This document shows, in pieces, positions 1 to 12,900 of a DNA stretch of 64,000 bases. The position numbers were made by a program, and so were the translations under genes. The DNA lies in the NCBI GenBank assembly GCA_030390025.1, contig CM059431.1, positions 132,000,001 through 132,064,000 on the forward strand. The letters are read 5' to 3'. The first letter of the stretch is position 1. Every line of letters starts with the position of its first letter. The notes below the pieces were generated by a model. It did no database searches. It was not told where the DNA came from and worked only from the letters and a program-made list of their open reading frames with translations. This stretch comes from Squalus acanthias. Taxonomy: Eukaryota.

Positions 1-209
1 GCCGGTGTCAGCACATAGCTCAGACATTAATATTTGCCAGCAGGTGCAGCCATGTTTTGTGGTGATGACAGCCTCAAGTGCTCATAACCACTCTTTATGT
101 AGCAGCAAATTGATTTCATACCCAATGTCCTGTGGAGTACTGTCTCGAACAAAGAACAAAATATTGGTAATGTTTACCAAAGTGGGTCTGGAAGATAAAT
201 GCACCATAA

Positions 210-1041
210 GGGTGGATTTTAAGGAGGGGGAGCGGGGGGGCACTGAGGCGGTCAGGAAATCAGACCTCCCGGGTTTCCCACAGGCCCTACTGACTTTAAC
301 GGCAGGGCCTGATTTGCATGCAAGGCCTCAGTTTCCCGCCTGCAGCCAGCCAGATTGAGAGGCTCGCTGGCTGCGGGTGGGTAGGCCTGTGGCACTAGGC
401 CGCACAGAGGAGGGAGGGGGAGGGATTGGACCGGGCTGTTAAAAGGATTGAGGGAGGGGGGTCGTTCGGGGATCGGGCCGTGCCATTAAAAGGATCGAGG
501 GAGGGGTGTCGGGCAGACGACCAGTGGGGGGTAGGGTGGTAGTGAGAGGATCGGGGCCAGATGATCGGGTTGGTGAAGGGAAGATCGCAGCCGGCCACCA
601 GAGGATCGTAGCTGGCCTCAGCATCATCGGTGGGGGGGAGAAGGCCTGGGGGGTGATCGGAGGCCTCGTGGGGGAATCTCTGATCTCAGGGGGGTGGGTT
701 AGGTAGGGACCCTGAATCCAGGAGGTAGGTATCTCCTGGCACTTACCTCCTGGATCCAGCAGCCCTTGTCTTGCTGTAGCTGCCGGGTTTTATGAATTGT
801 GTAAAACCCATCCACATGCAGTTAAAAACAAAATGGAGGTTAAAAACGAGGCTTCCAGCCTCATTATAATATTTAAATTGACGTCCCCCTCCTAGGAGCA
901 GCTTGGCTGCCCGCCCCGTCCCGCCTCCGTTAAAATCGGAAGTGGGCAAGTTGGAGGTGGGTTCAGGTTGGGAATCCCATTTTTAACAATTTAACTACCC
1001 CCACGCCCCCAACCCATCCATTTTTATAGGTTAAAATTCCC
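210..1041. mobile_element. Non-autonomous DNA transposon (PIF/Harbinger-like MITE)
   Basis: Imperfect TIRs GGGTGGATTTTAA ... TTAAAATTCCC; GC-rich interior with an inverted repeat at 716-755; no clear TSD. Confidence 0.55.
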
Positions 1042-1345
1042 TGTCTGACTTAATATGCATTGTTAACTCGCTATAATTTTTCTGTTGTTGCCACTTTGTA
1101 TGTACTTCCTTTATGGCGTTAAGCATTTTACAATATTGCCTGAGGGTCCAGGTGCTGCAGAAAAGGCTCTATTTGGATTATGTGCAGCACCAGACAAGTT
1201 CATATGCAGGTTCATGGCTTTGTTTTTAGCAGCCGTACGTTCCCCAGTGAGGACTTTCCTTGTCTGTACTGGCAGGCTAAGTGGATCAATCTGCTGGTGA
1301 CCAGAAAAATTGACCATCTGCACTCCTAATGGCAATAATTATATT

Positions 1346-1691
1346 GGGCCGAAATTTGCGGTCCCTACGGGTGCATATGAGGTGCGTATGCGCTAAAACC
1401 CGGAACTTGAGATCTGTCAAGAATTTTCTTGACAGATCATTCGCATCCCCGGGAAAAGGGCATCCGCGGGCGGAGAGTTCTGCCCAGCAAATGCCCATGA
1501 AATTCTTATGTCTGGTAAAAGCAGGCGTAAGACTGCCTGCGCCCAGAGATACGTGGGACTCTACCCGCGGTACCCGGAGCGGCCCAGGACCGCGAGTTTC
1601 CGTGGATCCCGAGGCCCCAGGTACGCGGGCATTTTATTTGCGGATCGGAGGCATTTCCCCGTGGGAAGCCTCCGACCGCAAATTCAGGGCC
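1346..1691. mobile_element. MITE (PIF/Harbinger-like)
   Basis: TIRs GGGCCGAAATTTGCGGTC / GACCGCAAATTCAGGGCC; flanks att / aat; CpG-rich interior. Confidence 0.8.
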
Positions 1692-2103
1692 AATGTCATC
1701 ATTGGTGGTGCTGCCTCTGGAGGGGTCCACAAAAACAACATTGTTTGCTGAGTCTTAAACCCTTTCCTGCGCTTCCACTTCCACTGAAGTTGCTGTTGTC
1801 AACAGTTCTGTAAAGTGAACATAGCACGAGAACATTATTATAGGGAGGATAGGCTATTGCCACTTTTGTATTGTTAACTCACTTTCATTGGAAGTGAGTC
1901 AGCTCCAGTTGAAGTAGTTAAACTGAGTCAGTGCCAGTCGCTGCCAAATTACCCCATTTACACTGAGCCACAGATTTAGCAACAACAGGGAAACTATGTA
2001 TACGTGGACCTCGTGTGCAAATACAGTTAGTGCAAAAGTCAGATTGGTGACTTTGCCAGTCTGACCGGAACATCCTCCGATGTTAATACCAATCAGTAAT
2101 GTG

Positions 2104-3322
2104 GGGCTGGATTTTACCAGCCGAGACGAGTTGGGGGCGGGACTGCTGCCTTCCGGGTTCTAGTCCCGCCCCCAGCGACGTATGACAAACCCATGCTATT
2201 TTCCCTTGATTGGCCTTGTTTAGTCCGCCCTGCGGGTTTACCGGCCAATTAAGGGAAAGCTGGTGACAGATGACGTCAGCGTATGACGCTTCATCTGTTG
2301 AAATTTTTTTGACATGATGAATTGTCAGCATTTGACAGCTTTGAGAAGCTGTCAAACACTGACAATCTCTGTTCTAAGGTGAGCCCTTGCACTGCAGGCT
2401 CACCAAAACCTCTCTCCTCAGCAGAAAGCAGATGGCTGCTGAATCTGAGAATGCAGCAGCCATTCTGTCATCTCTGCCGTTGAGATGAGGAACCTCCGGA
2501 TCCTCAATGGTTGAAGCCTGCAGAAAGAAGCAAAGGTAAGGAAACTTTTTTTAAACTTTATACTCATCTCTCATACTTACCTGTCCACACTTGCACCCAT
2601 CACTCACCTCTACATAGAAACATAGAATCTAGGAGCAGGAGTAGGCCATTCGGCCCGTCGAGCCTGCTCCACCATTCAATACGATCATGGCTGATCATCC
2701 AAATCCAGCACCCTGTCCCTGCTTTAATCCCCACAGTACACCCTACCCCCGTAACCCCACGTATTTAATTCCCCCTAACATATCCCATCCTATCCCCATA
2801 ACCCCACATATTTAATCCCCCCTAACACTAAGGGTCAATTTATCATAGCCAAATCAACCTAACCCGCACATTTTTGGACTGTGGGAGGAAACCGGAGCAC
2901 CCGGAGGAAACCCACGCAGACACGGGGAGAATATGCAAACTCCACACAGACAGTCACCCGAGGTCAGATTCGAACCCGGGTCCCTGGCGCTGTGAGACAC
3001 CAGTGCTAACCACTATGCCACCGTGTTGCCCTATCTGACATGTGACATGTCGACCCCTCTCACCCCCGCAGACCCACTGCTCGCCTCGCTGACCCTGGCG
3101 AGGTTCGCAGCTGTCGGGAAGCCCGCAATTGCAGGTGTAAAATGGGGATAAGCCTCAAAACTGCCTGTTAACTACCTGTTAACAGGCAGTTAATTGGCTC
3201 TAATCCCCTTCCCGCCTCGGAGACGGGTCCCTGCGCGGGTTGGTACCCGCTCCCAGTTTCTGCCATTTTCCCGGCAGTCCCGCCTCCAAACCCGCCTCCT
3301 CAGGGCTGGGAAAATTCCCCCC
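2104..3322. mobile_element. Non-autonomous Harbinger-type element interrupted by a SINE
   Basis: TIRs GGGCTGGATTTTACCAGCC / GGCTGGGAAAATTCCCCCC; 3-bp TSD GTG; left arm (CCGCCCTGCGGG..CCGGCCAATTAA..GATGACGTCA) shared with the element at 25802. Confidence 0.75.
2612..3031 (-). mobile_element. HE1-like tRNA-derived V-SINE with a CR1/HER1-type 3' tail
   Basis: Minus strand reads a tRNA-like head (TGGCATAGTGG A box, GGGTTCGAATC B box), the V-domain (TGTGTGGAGTTTGCATATTCTCCCCGTGTCTGCGTGGGTTTCCTCCGGGTGCTCCGGTTTCCTCCCAC), and a tail matching the CR1 3' ends at 6950 and 38361. Confidence 0.85.
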
Positions 3323-3349
3323 GTGGAAATCAGACTCAAGATGGTAATG

Positions 3350-3680
3350 ACAACAAAAACAACTTGCATTTATGTAGCACCTTTAACGTAGAAAAATGTC
3401 CCAAGGTGCTTCACAGTAAGGAAAACAGAGAGATTAGGAGGGTTGACCAGAAGCTTGGTGAAAGAGGTAGGTTTTAAGGAGAGTCTTAAAGGAGGAGAGG
3501 AAATTGGCAAAGCAGTGGACCTAGGTGGCTGACGGCACAGGTGTCAGTGCTGGGGCAAAGTGATCAATGGATACACAAGATAGCAGTGTCAGGGTAATGA
3601 AGAATACCTGGTGAAGGGGGGTTGGGGGGGTGGGGGTGATTGTAGGACAGGAGGAGATTACAGAGATAGGAGGAGCAAAA
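3350..3680 (-). mobile_element. L2-type LINE 3' fragment (old)
   Basis: Homologous to the L2 3' end at 42985-43330 (AACTTGCATTTAT..GAAAGAGGTAGGTTTTAAGGA). Confidence 0.7.
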
Positions 3681-5251
3681 GCCTTTACTCAAAGAGGGTT
3701 TCAAAGCTTCCAATGGTAAAAATACCATTACAAGGTTTTATTCGATGTACTTGTGCTGCCTTAAGTACAGTACTGTGAGTGAGAAAACAAATGGGATGTA
3801 ATAGTGTTCTAATGATGGCGATGATGCCTTACATCATTCATCCCCTCACCATCATAAAATATTTAGAGCATTCCCTTACAACAGAGTCTGAAATTAATTT
3901 TGTTGTACAAAGGAGCATTAGATTCAAACCTGTACAACTAAAGGATATTACTGGTTCCTACTACACCTCTTTAAACTGGTCTCACCTCTATATAGAAAGT
4001 GACCTGAATGTGTTGACATGCTGTGAATGTGGAAATAGATGGGCTCTTTGCGGATCATACATTCCTTTGGATAGATCCATTGTAAGTTAGTACCAATAGT
4101 CTAAAGACATGTGCATTAAAAATTCATCAAGTTTCAGCAATGCAGTTAAAGTACCTTTGCGATGGAGAAATTTTCATGTGATTGTCAGGGTACAAGCTGT
4201 TAATTGCAGTTCCTTATTCTTTGTTGTACATTTTATATTGGGATTCATTTCAGTTGAAAAGGTTTCATCAATAAGTAGAATCATGCACGAGTTCAATTAG
4301 TCAGCCAGAAATATCACTGTGTGATTTTGTTTTAAAAGTTGAATGATCTTTTTTAAAAATATATTATTTCTATCATTGCTAATTACCACTAATTCTGTAC
4401 TTTTGTAGGGGAAGAATTCCTTCACTAGTATTTGTAACAAAATTGTAACTGCGTGTACAAAGAATTAATTTTCTCTTTAGCTGCAAATAAAGAACAGATG
4501 AAATCTTCCCCTGGCATCCTGTTAAAGGCTTCACTGCTCTCCGATTTTCTCGTGGTCTGCTGTCATTATTATTCTCTTTAATCTTTAAAGTAGTGAAGTT
4601 AACGAGCAAGTCTGCCTATCTGTAGGCTCATGGTATAGTGATATAACATGATATTCTATTCTGTTACACTGTGTTCTTGGGAGTAGCATTGTGTTTATTA
4701 TTTGTAAGGTATTTCATTTAATGCTGTTTGTCAGGTTTTTTTTTCTCTCCATTTTTTTGCCATTCATATCGTCACTGACAGGCAACCTGTTACCCTAAGA
4801 GAAATTCAAGGGGAAACTTGTATGAATGACTGAGGGTAAAATTCAACTTCGACGGGGCACAAAGCTGGTGGTAGCAGATAGGCTGCCCGTTATATACCCC
4901 ACCTAGTTTCCTTTCCATTGAAGTCAAAATTGTGATAATCTTTAAGGTTAAATATATCAACGGGAACTTTCAGTAACTTTATGAATAAACAGTCTTATAT
5001 TAAATAATATAACTTTTCAAAGTATAGCTGATGTCCAGTTTAAAAGTGCTTAGCAGTAGTATATTGACAAAGAGCCTGTGTTAACTCCACAGAAGAGTAA
5101 AGACTTGGCATAGGGTCAAAGAAATAATGGTTGCCCAATTATTTAGATCTGGTTAGACTGACACTTGGCCAGATGGTAAGTCTAGTGAAATCCAATGATG
5201 AACATGGTGTTGTGTTTAAAGTTGAACCAACAGTTCAATATTTGATATATT

Positions 5252-6948
5252 AGGGCCTATTTTTGTTTTCAGCGGGCAATGGGAGGAGCAATCGGGAAAA
5301 CCGAATGTCATCAGTGAGATTCCTGAACCATTTTGATGGTCAGGCCTCATTCCCGTGTTTTTGAGCTCCCCACCCATTTCCAGCACTGACGGGCAGCTCA
5401 CTGTTGGGAGGGCAGCACATCCAGTGGGCCTGATGCACATTTAAAGCAAGTGTGTACCTCAAAGGGAAGGTGGTTTATCAGTGGTGGTTTGTGAGAGGTG
5501 CTGAGAATGTTGACTTCCAGGGCTCCCTGTTTCCCTGATGCTGTTGTAGAGGTGCTACTGGAGCAAGTGAAGACCAGACAGGGGGTCCTCTTTCCTTCTG
5601 ATGGCAGACGGAAGCTCAGGCAAAAACAGTCAGCAGGCATGGAGAGACATTGCAGAGCATGTCAGTGCCAGCAGCATTCCCCCCAGACTTGGCTGCAGTG
5701 TAGGAAGAGGATCAATCATTTGACCAGGACTTATCTTCCTCTATCGTTTTCTCTGAATGAAGCTTTTTCTCTGAATGAATCCTTTCCTCTCCCGCTGCAC
5801 ATGCTTCTCCTCCAATCACAACACAACATCACTACAGTGCCATCTGGCACACTCAACACCTGCTTCTGCCCTCAGAACTGGTACAAACAAAATTTTGCTG
5901 CTATCCAGTTGCAGCTAGAGTGCATTTCACTGTTCTTCAATCTCCTTTCACACTTCACACTGGAGGCACCTCCCCCTCTTACAACCTCTCCTTAGCATGC
6001 ACACTATATGAAGCTGCACAACCCTTTCAAGTGCCACACACTAACCCACTCCCACTCTTCTTGGAGCACAAACTGGCAAGCAACAAAAGAGAGAGGACCA
6101 GGACCGGGAGAGTGTGGTGTCTTGGACCAAGGCATCAGCACTCCGCAGTAAACATCCAAGCCCTCACTCTGATGGAGGATACTGCCATGGAGATTATTGA
6201 CACAGGAAAGATGCAAAACATCGAAGATGGCGAGGCTGGAAGCCAAGTGTAGCATGGTGTCTGGCTATTTCCATTATCTTATCTCTGTCCTCAAACAATC
6301 ATACATACATACAGACAGAATGACAACTTGGTGCTGCACTGCACTACCACTTAGCCCTCCCATTATATGCTAACCCTTGTGCCTCTCCCCTTTTGCTAGG
6401 TCCATCCAATGGCTCAGACCCTGCAGCCATACAGATGGAGTGGGGCAACAGCCCAGAAGATGCACCGGCATTCGCTCTTACCATTCAAAGCACCAGCACC
6501 AAGCACCCTGTTTGGGATAGGTATTGAGTCAGAGGGGTCTGCACTGATTCACAGTGCATAAGTGAGCAGGGGCCGGTGCTAGTGGATAGGACAGCCCAGG
6601 AGACAGCTCGCCAGAGGGCAAGCTTGGGTCCAAGTCATGTTGAAGAGGACAGAGATGCAGATTTCAGGGGTCCAGCCTTTAAAAGAAAGATCTTCCATGT
6701 GCACCAGCAATTGCTGAAGACATTGGACTGCCTGCCTAAGAGCTGTCGCACCAAGTCGGAGAGTATGGAGGAGCCCACTTCCACTTGTGTGGTGTCTTGG
6801 ACCAAGGCATCAGCACTCTGAAATATACCATGGAGAATGTAGTCACCTCTATGGGCTCTGCAGTTGGATTCTCTTTCCAGGAGTCTCTGGCCCCAGTAGT
6901 AGCATCACTCAAGAATGCACTTACTGGTGCCATGTAGGCTCTGGCCTC
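5252..6948 (+). pseudogene. Decayed Harbinger arm with a three-exon Myb/SANT-like DNA-binding gene
   Basis: SRAPCFPDAVVEVLLEQVKTRQGVLFPSDGRR...TWLQCRKRINHL (5516-5725); exon-2-like KLASNKRERTRTG..LTLMEDTAMEII (about 6065-6245); acceptor near 6399; frameshifted. Confidence 0.75.
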
Positions 6949-6949
6949 T

Positions 6950-7370
6950 ACATAGAAACATAGAAGATAGGAGTAGGCCATTCGGCCCCTCGAGCCTGCG
7001 ATGAGATCATGGCGGATCATCCAAACTCAGTACCCTGTACCTGCCTTCTCCCCATATCCCTTGATACCTTTAGCTTTAAGAAATATATCTAACTCATTCT
7101 TGAATATATTTAATGACTTGGCCTCAACTACCTTCTGTGGTAGAGAATTCCACAGGTTCACCACTCTCTGGGTGAAGAAATTCTTCCTCATTTCTGTCCT
7201 AAATGGCTAACCCATTATCCTTAGATTATGACCCTGGTTCTGGACTCTCTGACCATCGGGAACATTCTTCCTGCATCTAGTTTGTCCAGACCTGTCAGAA
7301 TTTTACATGTTTCGATGAGATCCCCTCTCATTCTTCTATACTCCAGCGAGTATAAGCCCAATCGACCATC
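6950..7370 (-). mobile_element. CR1/HER1 LINE 3' fragment
   Basis: RLGLYSLEYRRMRGDLIETCKIL..RTRGH on the minus strand, plus the CR1 3' UTR and (CATAGAAA)n tail. Confidence 0.9.
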
Positions 7371-7419
7371 TCCTCCGCTTTGTACAGGCTGGGGGACCAA
7401 ATAGATAGGAACTTCACTC

Positions 7420-8600
7420 ACATCTGCATATCTGTTCTCCTTAGCAGAGCTAGGATGTGAGCTTGACATCTGGCAAGAAGTTTCCTGGGCTATCCTTTCC
7501 ATCTGCACCTGCTCCCGCTCACTTGTATTCAGTGGTGCACTCAGCGCAAACCCCTCTTACTATCTGTACCATACAGGGGGTCACTTTCTGTGCTCGTGCA
7601 TTCCCCCCTCAGTTTGTGTGGCAGCTGGACCAAGTTATTTGAAGGACTTAGAAAAAGGGCAGAGGGATAAAGATTAGTACATAATGACAAGGATAAGCAG
7701 TAGCAGATGAGTGGGAACACAATGCAGCAGCAGCTAAGTGTGTGCATGTCTGTGTGCGTGCACATGTGTGAGTGATTGTGTGAGCATTAAGTCGAGAGAA
7801 AAGAAAGGGAAGATGCTCAAACACTTTGTTGTGCATCGCCTCCAACTTGACCATTTCCAGTGCCTCGTGCCCTCTCGGCCATGATGTCGATGGCAGCCTC
7901 TTCCATTGGTGTCAGTGTCAGTAGAGTGGCAGGAGCTCCCCCTATTCTCGTACTCTCCCTTCTGTTATGTGCCAACATTTCCTGCAAGAAGAGTCAAAGT
8001 GGGTTAATATGTGCCCTGTTTAAGCGTTTCCAAGATTCATGATGCGGCATAGCATAGTGTGCACGATCACAGGAAGAAGCAGCAAGTGTGGCCAAGAAGG
8101 GGAAGTAGTTGTGAGGGAAGTAGCAGGTTTTGACGGTGTGAGTTTAAGCTGAAAGGGGGTGTAGTGAAGCGTTCCCTGCTGATTCGAGGGGAGGCAGGGG
8201 AAGTAAGGGGTGGAAGGATTGTTAGTACTGGGGCTAAAGTAGGGTAGTGTAAGGCTGTACAGAGAGTAAGAGAGATGTGAAAGGAAATCTCATCTTATTA
8301 GCCCTGGTGAAGTTGGTAAATGTCTTCCTGCACTGCAGCAAAATGCTGCTGGCATTGATCTGCTCAGCCACCTCTCTCCACTGTTACAGGCTAATTTAAT
8401 GAGGCATTTGTTGCCCATTGGAGGGAAAGAGGACCCCCTTCCTGTTCCTCACATGATTCACGAGCATCTCCAGGGCTGTATAGGAGAATCGGGGTCGGGG
8501 GCCCTCGATGATGTCATGCTGCCTGCTGCTTTAGTAGTTTGTTATCCACTGACCACCCTTGAAAATCGCACTTTCCCTTAAGGGACTACAGGCTACCTTT
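7420..8600 (-). pseudogene. Second decayed Harbinger Myb/SANT gene arm, facing the first
   Basis: Exon-1-like segment about 8300-8505, exon-2-like about 7860-7983 and exon-3-like about 7420-7648. The last aligns by eye with 6530-6662 in inverted orientation. Confidence 0.65.
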
Positions 8601-8835
8601 AAATTGTGGCAGCCCTGTCAGATTTCCCACCCTCCCATCAGCAAGCTGTCTATAAAGAGCATTGTCTGGTGTTTACAATCTAAATTAGATGATTTGCAGT
8701 ACTGTGCAAGGTTAACCAATTGCAAGGTATATAGTTGTAGGTGGACTATCTAAGCGAATTAACTATGTGTGTTAAAATCAACATGAATAGCCATTTCTGA
8801 GTTAAAGGAAACTGTACAGTTTCCACTAAAGTAAT

Positions 8836-9856
8836 CTCTGTCGTCGAATTACAGTATGCAGACGACGCTTGCATCTGCGCTCACTCGGAGTCGAACTCCA
8901 AATCATCGTCAACACCTTCACAGAAGTGTACGAGAGCATGGGCCTTACACTAAACATCCGTAAGACAAAGGTCCTCTACCAATCTGTCCCCGCCACACAG
9001 TACTGCTCCCCGATTATCAAAATCCACGACAAGGCCTTGGACAACGTGGACCACTTTCCATACCTCGGGTGCCTACTGTCAACAAGGGCAAACGTCGACG
9101 ACGAAGTCCAACACCGCCTTCAGTGTGCCAGTGCAGCCTTCGGTTGGCTGAGGAAGAGAGTGTTTGAAGACCAGGACCTCAAACCCGGCACTAAGCTCAT
9201 GGTCTACAGAGCAGCAGTGATATCCGCCCTGCTGTATGCCTCAGAGACATGGACCATGTGCAGCAGGCACCTCAAAGCACTGGAGAGGTACCACCAACGC
9301 TGCCTCCGCAAGATCCTGCAAATCCATTGGCAGGATAGGTGCACCAATGTCAGTGTTCTTGCTCAGGCCAACATCCCCAGCATCGAAGCTTTGACCACAC
9401 TCGATCAGCTCCGATGGATGGGTCACATTGTCCGCATGCCCGATACGAGACTCCCAAAACAAGCGCTCTACTCGGAGCTCCGGCACGGCAAGAGAGCCCC
9501 AGGTGGGCAGAGGAAACGCTTCAAGGACACCCTCAAAGCCTCCTTGAAAAAGTGTAACATCCCCACCGACACCTGGGAATCCCTGGCCCAAGACCACACA
9601 AAGTGGAGGAGAAACATCCGGGAAGGCGCCGAACACCTCGAGTCTCTTCGCCGGGAGCAAGCAGAAGCCAAGCGCAGGCAGCGCAAGGAGCGCACGTCAA
9701 CCCAAGCACCCCACCCACCCGCCCCTTCAACCACCATCTGCCCCACCTGTGACAGAGACTGTAGGTCCCGCATTGGACTCATCAGTCACCTGCGAACTCA
9801 TTTTTAATGTGGAAGCAAGTCATCCTCGGTTCCAAGGGACTGCCTAAGAAGAAGAA
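8836..9856 (+). mobile_element. 5'-truncated RTE-clade LINE (RT C-terminal half plus C2H2 zinc finger)
   Basis: ELQYADD at 8846-8866, with a 1-nt frameshift near 8890; ORF to 9807 with GLTLNIRKTK, FPYLG, LLYASETW, LRWMGH and CPTCDRDCRSRIGLISHLRTH; short 3' UTR and (AAG)n tail. Confidence 0.9.
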
Positions 9857-9916
9857 TCCATCGAAGCAATATTTAAGTGCCTTGGCAGAATCAGTGAATT
9901 TCTCCATAGGATGAGC

Positions 9917-12900
9917 ATCTAGTCTGATCCCTGGTCTCGTATCTAGTCTGATCCATGGCCTTGTATCTAGTCTGATCCATGGCCTTGTATCTAGTCTGAT
10001 CCCTGGTCTCGTCTCTAGTCTGATCCCTGGTCTCGTATCTAGTCTGATCCCTGGTCTCGTCTCTAGTCTGATCCCTGGTCTCGTCTCTAGTCTGATCCCT
10101 GGTCTCGTATCTAGTCTGATCCCTGGTCTTGTCTCTAGTCTGATCCCTGGTCTCGTATCTAGTCTGATCCATAGTCTCATCTCTAGTCTGATCCCTGGTC
10201 TCGTATCTAGTCTGATCCCTGGTCTCGTATTTAGTCTGATCCCTGGTCTCGTATCTAGTCTGATCCCTGGTCTCGTATCTAGTCTGATCCCTGGTCTCGT
10301 ATTTAGTCTGATCCCTGGTCTCGTATCTAGTCTGATCCCTGGTCTCGTATCTAGTCTGATCCCTGGTCTCGTATCTAGTCTGATCCATGGTCTCGTCTCT
10401 AGTCTGATCCCTGGTCTCGTGTCTAGTCTGATCCCTGGTCTCGTATCTAGTCTGATCCATGGTCTTGTATCTAGTCTGATCCCTGGTCTCGTATTTAGTC
10501 TGATCCCTGGTCTCGTATCTAGTCTGATCCATGGTCTCATCTCTAGTCTGATCCATGGTCTCGTATCTAGTCTGATCCCTGGTCTCGTATCTAGTCTGAT
10601 CCATGGTCTTGTATCTAGTCTGATCCCTGGTCTCGTATCTAGTCTGATCCCTGGTCTCGTATTTAGTCTGATCCCTGGTCTTGTATCTAGTCTGATCCCT
10701 GGTCTCGTATCTAGTCTGATCCATGGTCTCGTATCTAGTCTGATCCATGGTCTCGTATCTAGTCTGATCCATGGTCTCGTATCTAGTCTGATCCATGGTC
10801 TCGTCTCTAGTCTGATCCATGGTCTCGTATCTAGTCTGATCCCTGGTCTCGTATCTAGTCTGATCCATGGTCTCGTATCTAGTCTGATCCATGGTCTCGT
10901 ATCTAGTCTGATCCATGGTCTCGTATCTAGTCTGATCCATGGTCTCGTATCTAGTCTGATCCATGGTCTCGTCTCTAGTCTGATCCATGGTCTCGTATCT
11001 AGTCTGATCCCTGGTCTCGTATCTAGTCTGATCCATGGTCTCGTATCTAGTCTGATCCATGGTCTCGTATCTAGTCTGATCCATGGTCTCGTCTCTAGTC
11101 TGATCCATGGTCTCGTATCTAGTCTGATCCATGGTCTCGTATCTAGTCTGATCCATGGTCTCGTCTCTAGTCTGATCCATCGTCTTGTATCTAGTCTGAT
11201 CCCTGGTCTCGTATCTAGTCTGATCCCTGGTCTCGTCTCTAGTCTGATCCATGGTCTCGTATCTAGTCTGATCCATAGTCTTGTATCTAGTCTGATCTCT
11301 GGTCTCGTATCTAGTCTGATCCCTGGTCTCGTCTCTAGTCTGATCCATGGTCTCGTATCTAGTCTGATCCATGGTCTCGTATCTAGTCTGATCCATAGTC
11401 TTGTATCTAGTCTGATCTCTGGTCTCGTATCTAGTCTGATCCATGGTCTCGTATCTAGTCTGATCCATGGTCTCGTCTCTAGTCTGATCCCTGGTCTCGT
11501 ATCTTGTCTGATCCATGGTCTTGTATCTAGTCTGATCTCTGGTCTCGTATCTAGTCTGATCCCTGGTCTCGTATCTAGTCTGATCCATGGTCTCGTCTCT
11601 AGTCTGATCCCTGGTCTCGTATCTTGTCTGATCCATGGTCTCGTCTCTAGTCTGATCCCTGGTCTCGTCTCTAGTCTGATCCATAGTCTTGTATCTAGTC
11701 TGATCCCTGGTCTCGTATCTAGTCTGATCCATGGTCTCGTCTCTAGTCTGATCCCTGGTCTCGTCTCTAGTCTGATCCATAGTCTTGTATCTAGTCTGAT
11801 CCCTGGTCTCGTATCTAGTCTGATCCCTGGTCTCGTATCTAGTCTGATCCATAGTCTTGTATCTAGTCTGATCCATGGTCTTGTATCTAGTCTGATCCCT
11901 GGTCTCGTCTCTAGTCTGATCCATGGTCTCGTCTCTAGTCTGATCCCTGGTCTCGTATCTTGTCTGATCCATGGTCTCGTCTCTAGTCTGATCCATAGTC
12001 TTGTATCTAGTCTGATCCCTGGTCTCGTATCTAGTCTGATCCATGGTCTTGTATCTAGTCTGATCCATGGTCTTGTATCTAGTCTGATCCATGGTCTCGT
12101 ATCTAGTCTGATCCATGGTCTTGTATCTAGTCTGATCCATGGTCTTGTATCTAGTCTGATCCATGGTCTCGTATCTAGTCTGATCCCTGGTCTCGTCTCT
12201 AGTCTGATCCCTGGTCTCGTATCTAGTCTGATCCCTGGTCTCGTATCTAATCTGATCCCTGGTCTCGTATCTAATCTGATCCATGGTCTCGTATCTAGTC
12301 TGATCCATGGTCTCGTATCTAGTCTGATCCATGGTCTCGTATCTAGTCTGATCCATCGTCTTGTATCTAGTCTGATCCATCGTCTTGTATCTAGTCTGAT
12401 CCCTGGTCTCGTATCTAGTCTGATCCATGGTCTCGTATCTAGTCTGATCCCTGGTCTCGTATCTAGTCTGATCCATGGTCTCGTCTCTAGTCTGATCCAT
12501 CGTCTTGTATCTAGTCTGATCCCTGGTCTCGTATCTAGTCTGATCCCTGGTCTCGTCTCTAGTCTGATCCATGGTCTCGTCTCTAGTCTGATCCCTGGTC
12601 TCGTCTCTAGTCTGATCCATGGTCTCGTCTCTAGTCTGATCCATGGTCTTGTATCTAGTCTGATCCATGGTCTTGTATCTAGTCTGATCCATGGTCTTGT
12701 ATCTAGTCTGATCCCTGGTCTTGTATCTAGTCTGATCCATGGTCTTGTATCTAGTCTGATCCATGGTCTTGTATCTAGTCTGATCCATGGTCTTGTATCT
12801 AGTCTGATCCATGGTCTTGTATCTAGTCTGATCCATGGTCTTGTATCTAGTCTGATCCATCGTCTTGTATCTAGTCTGATCCCTGGTCTCGTATCTAGTC

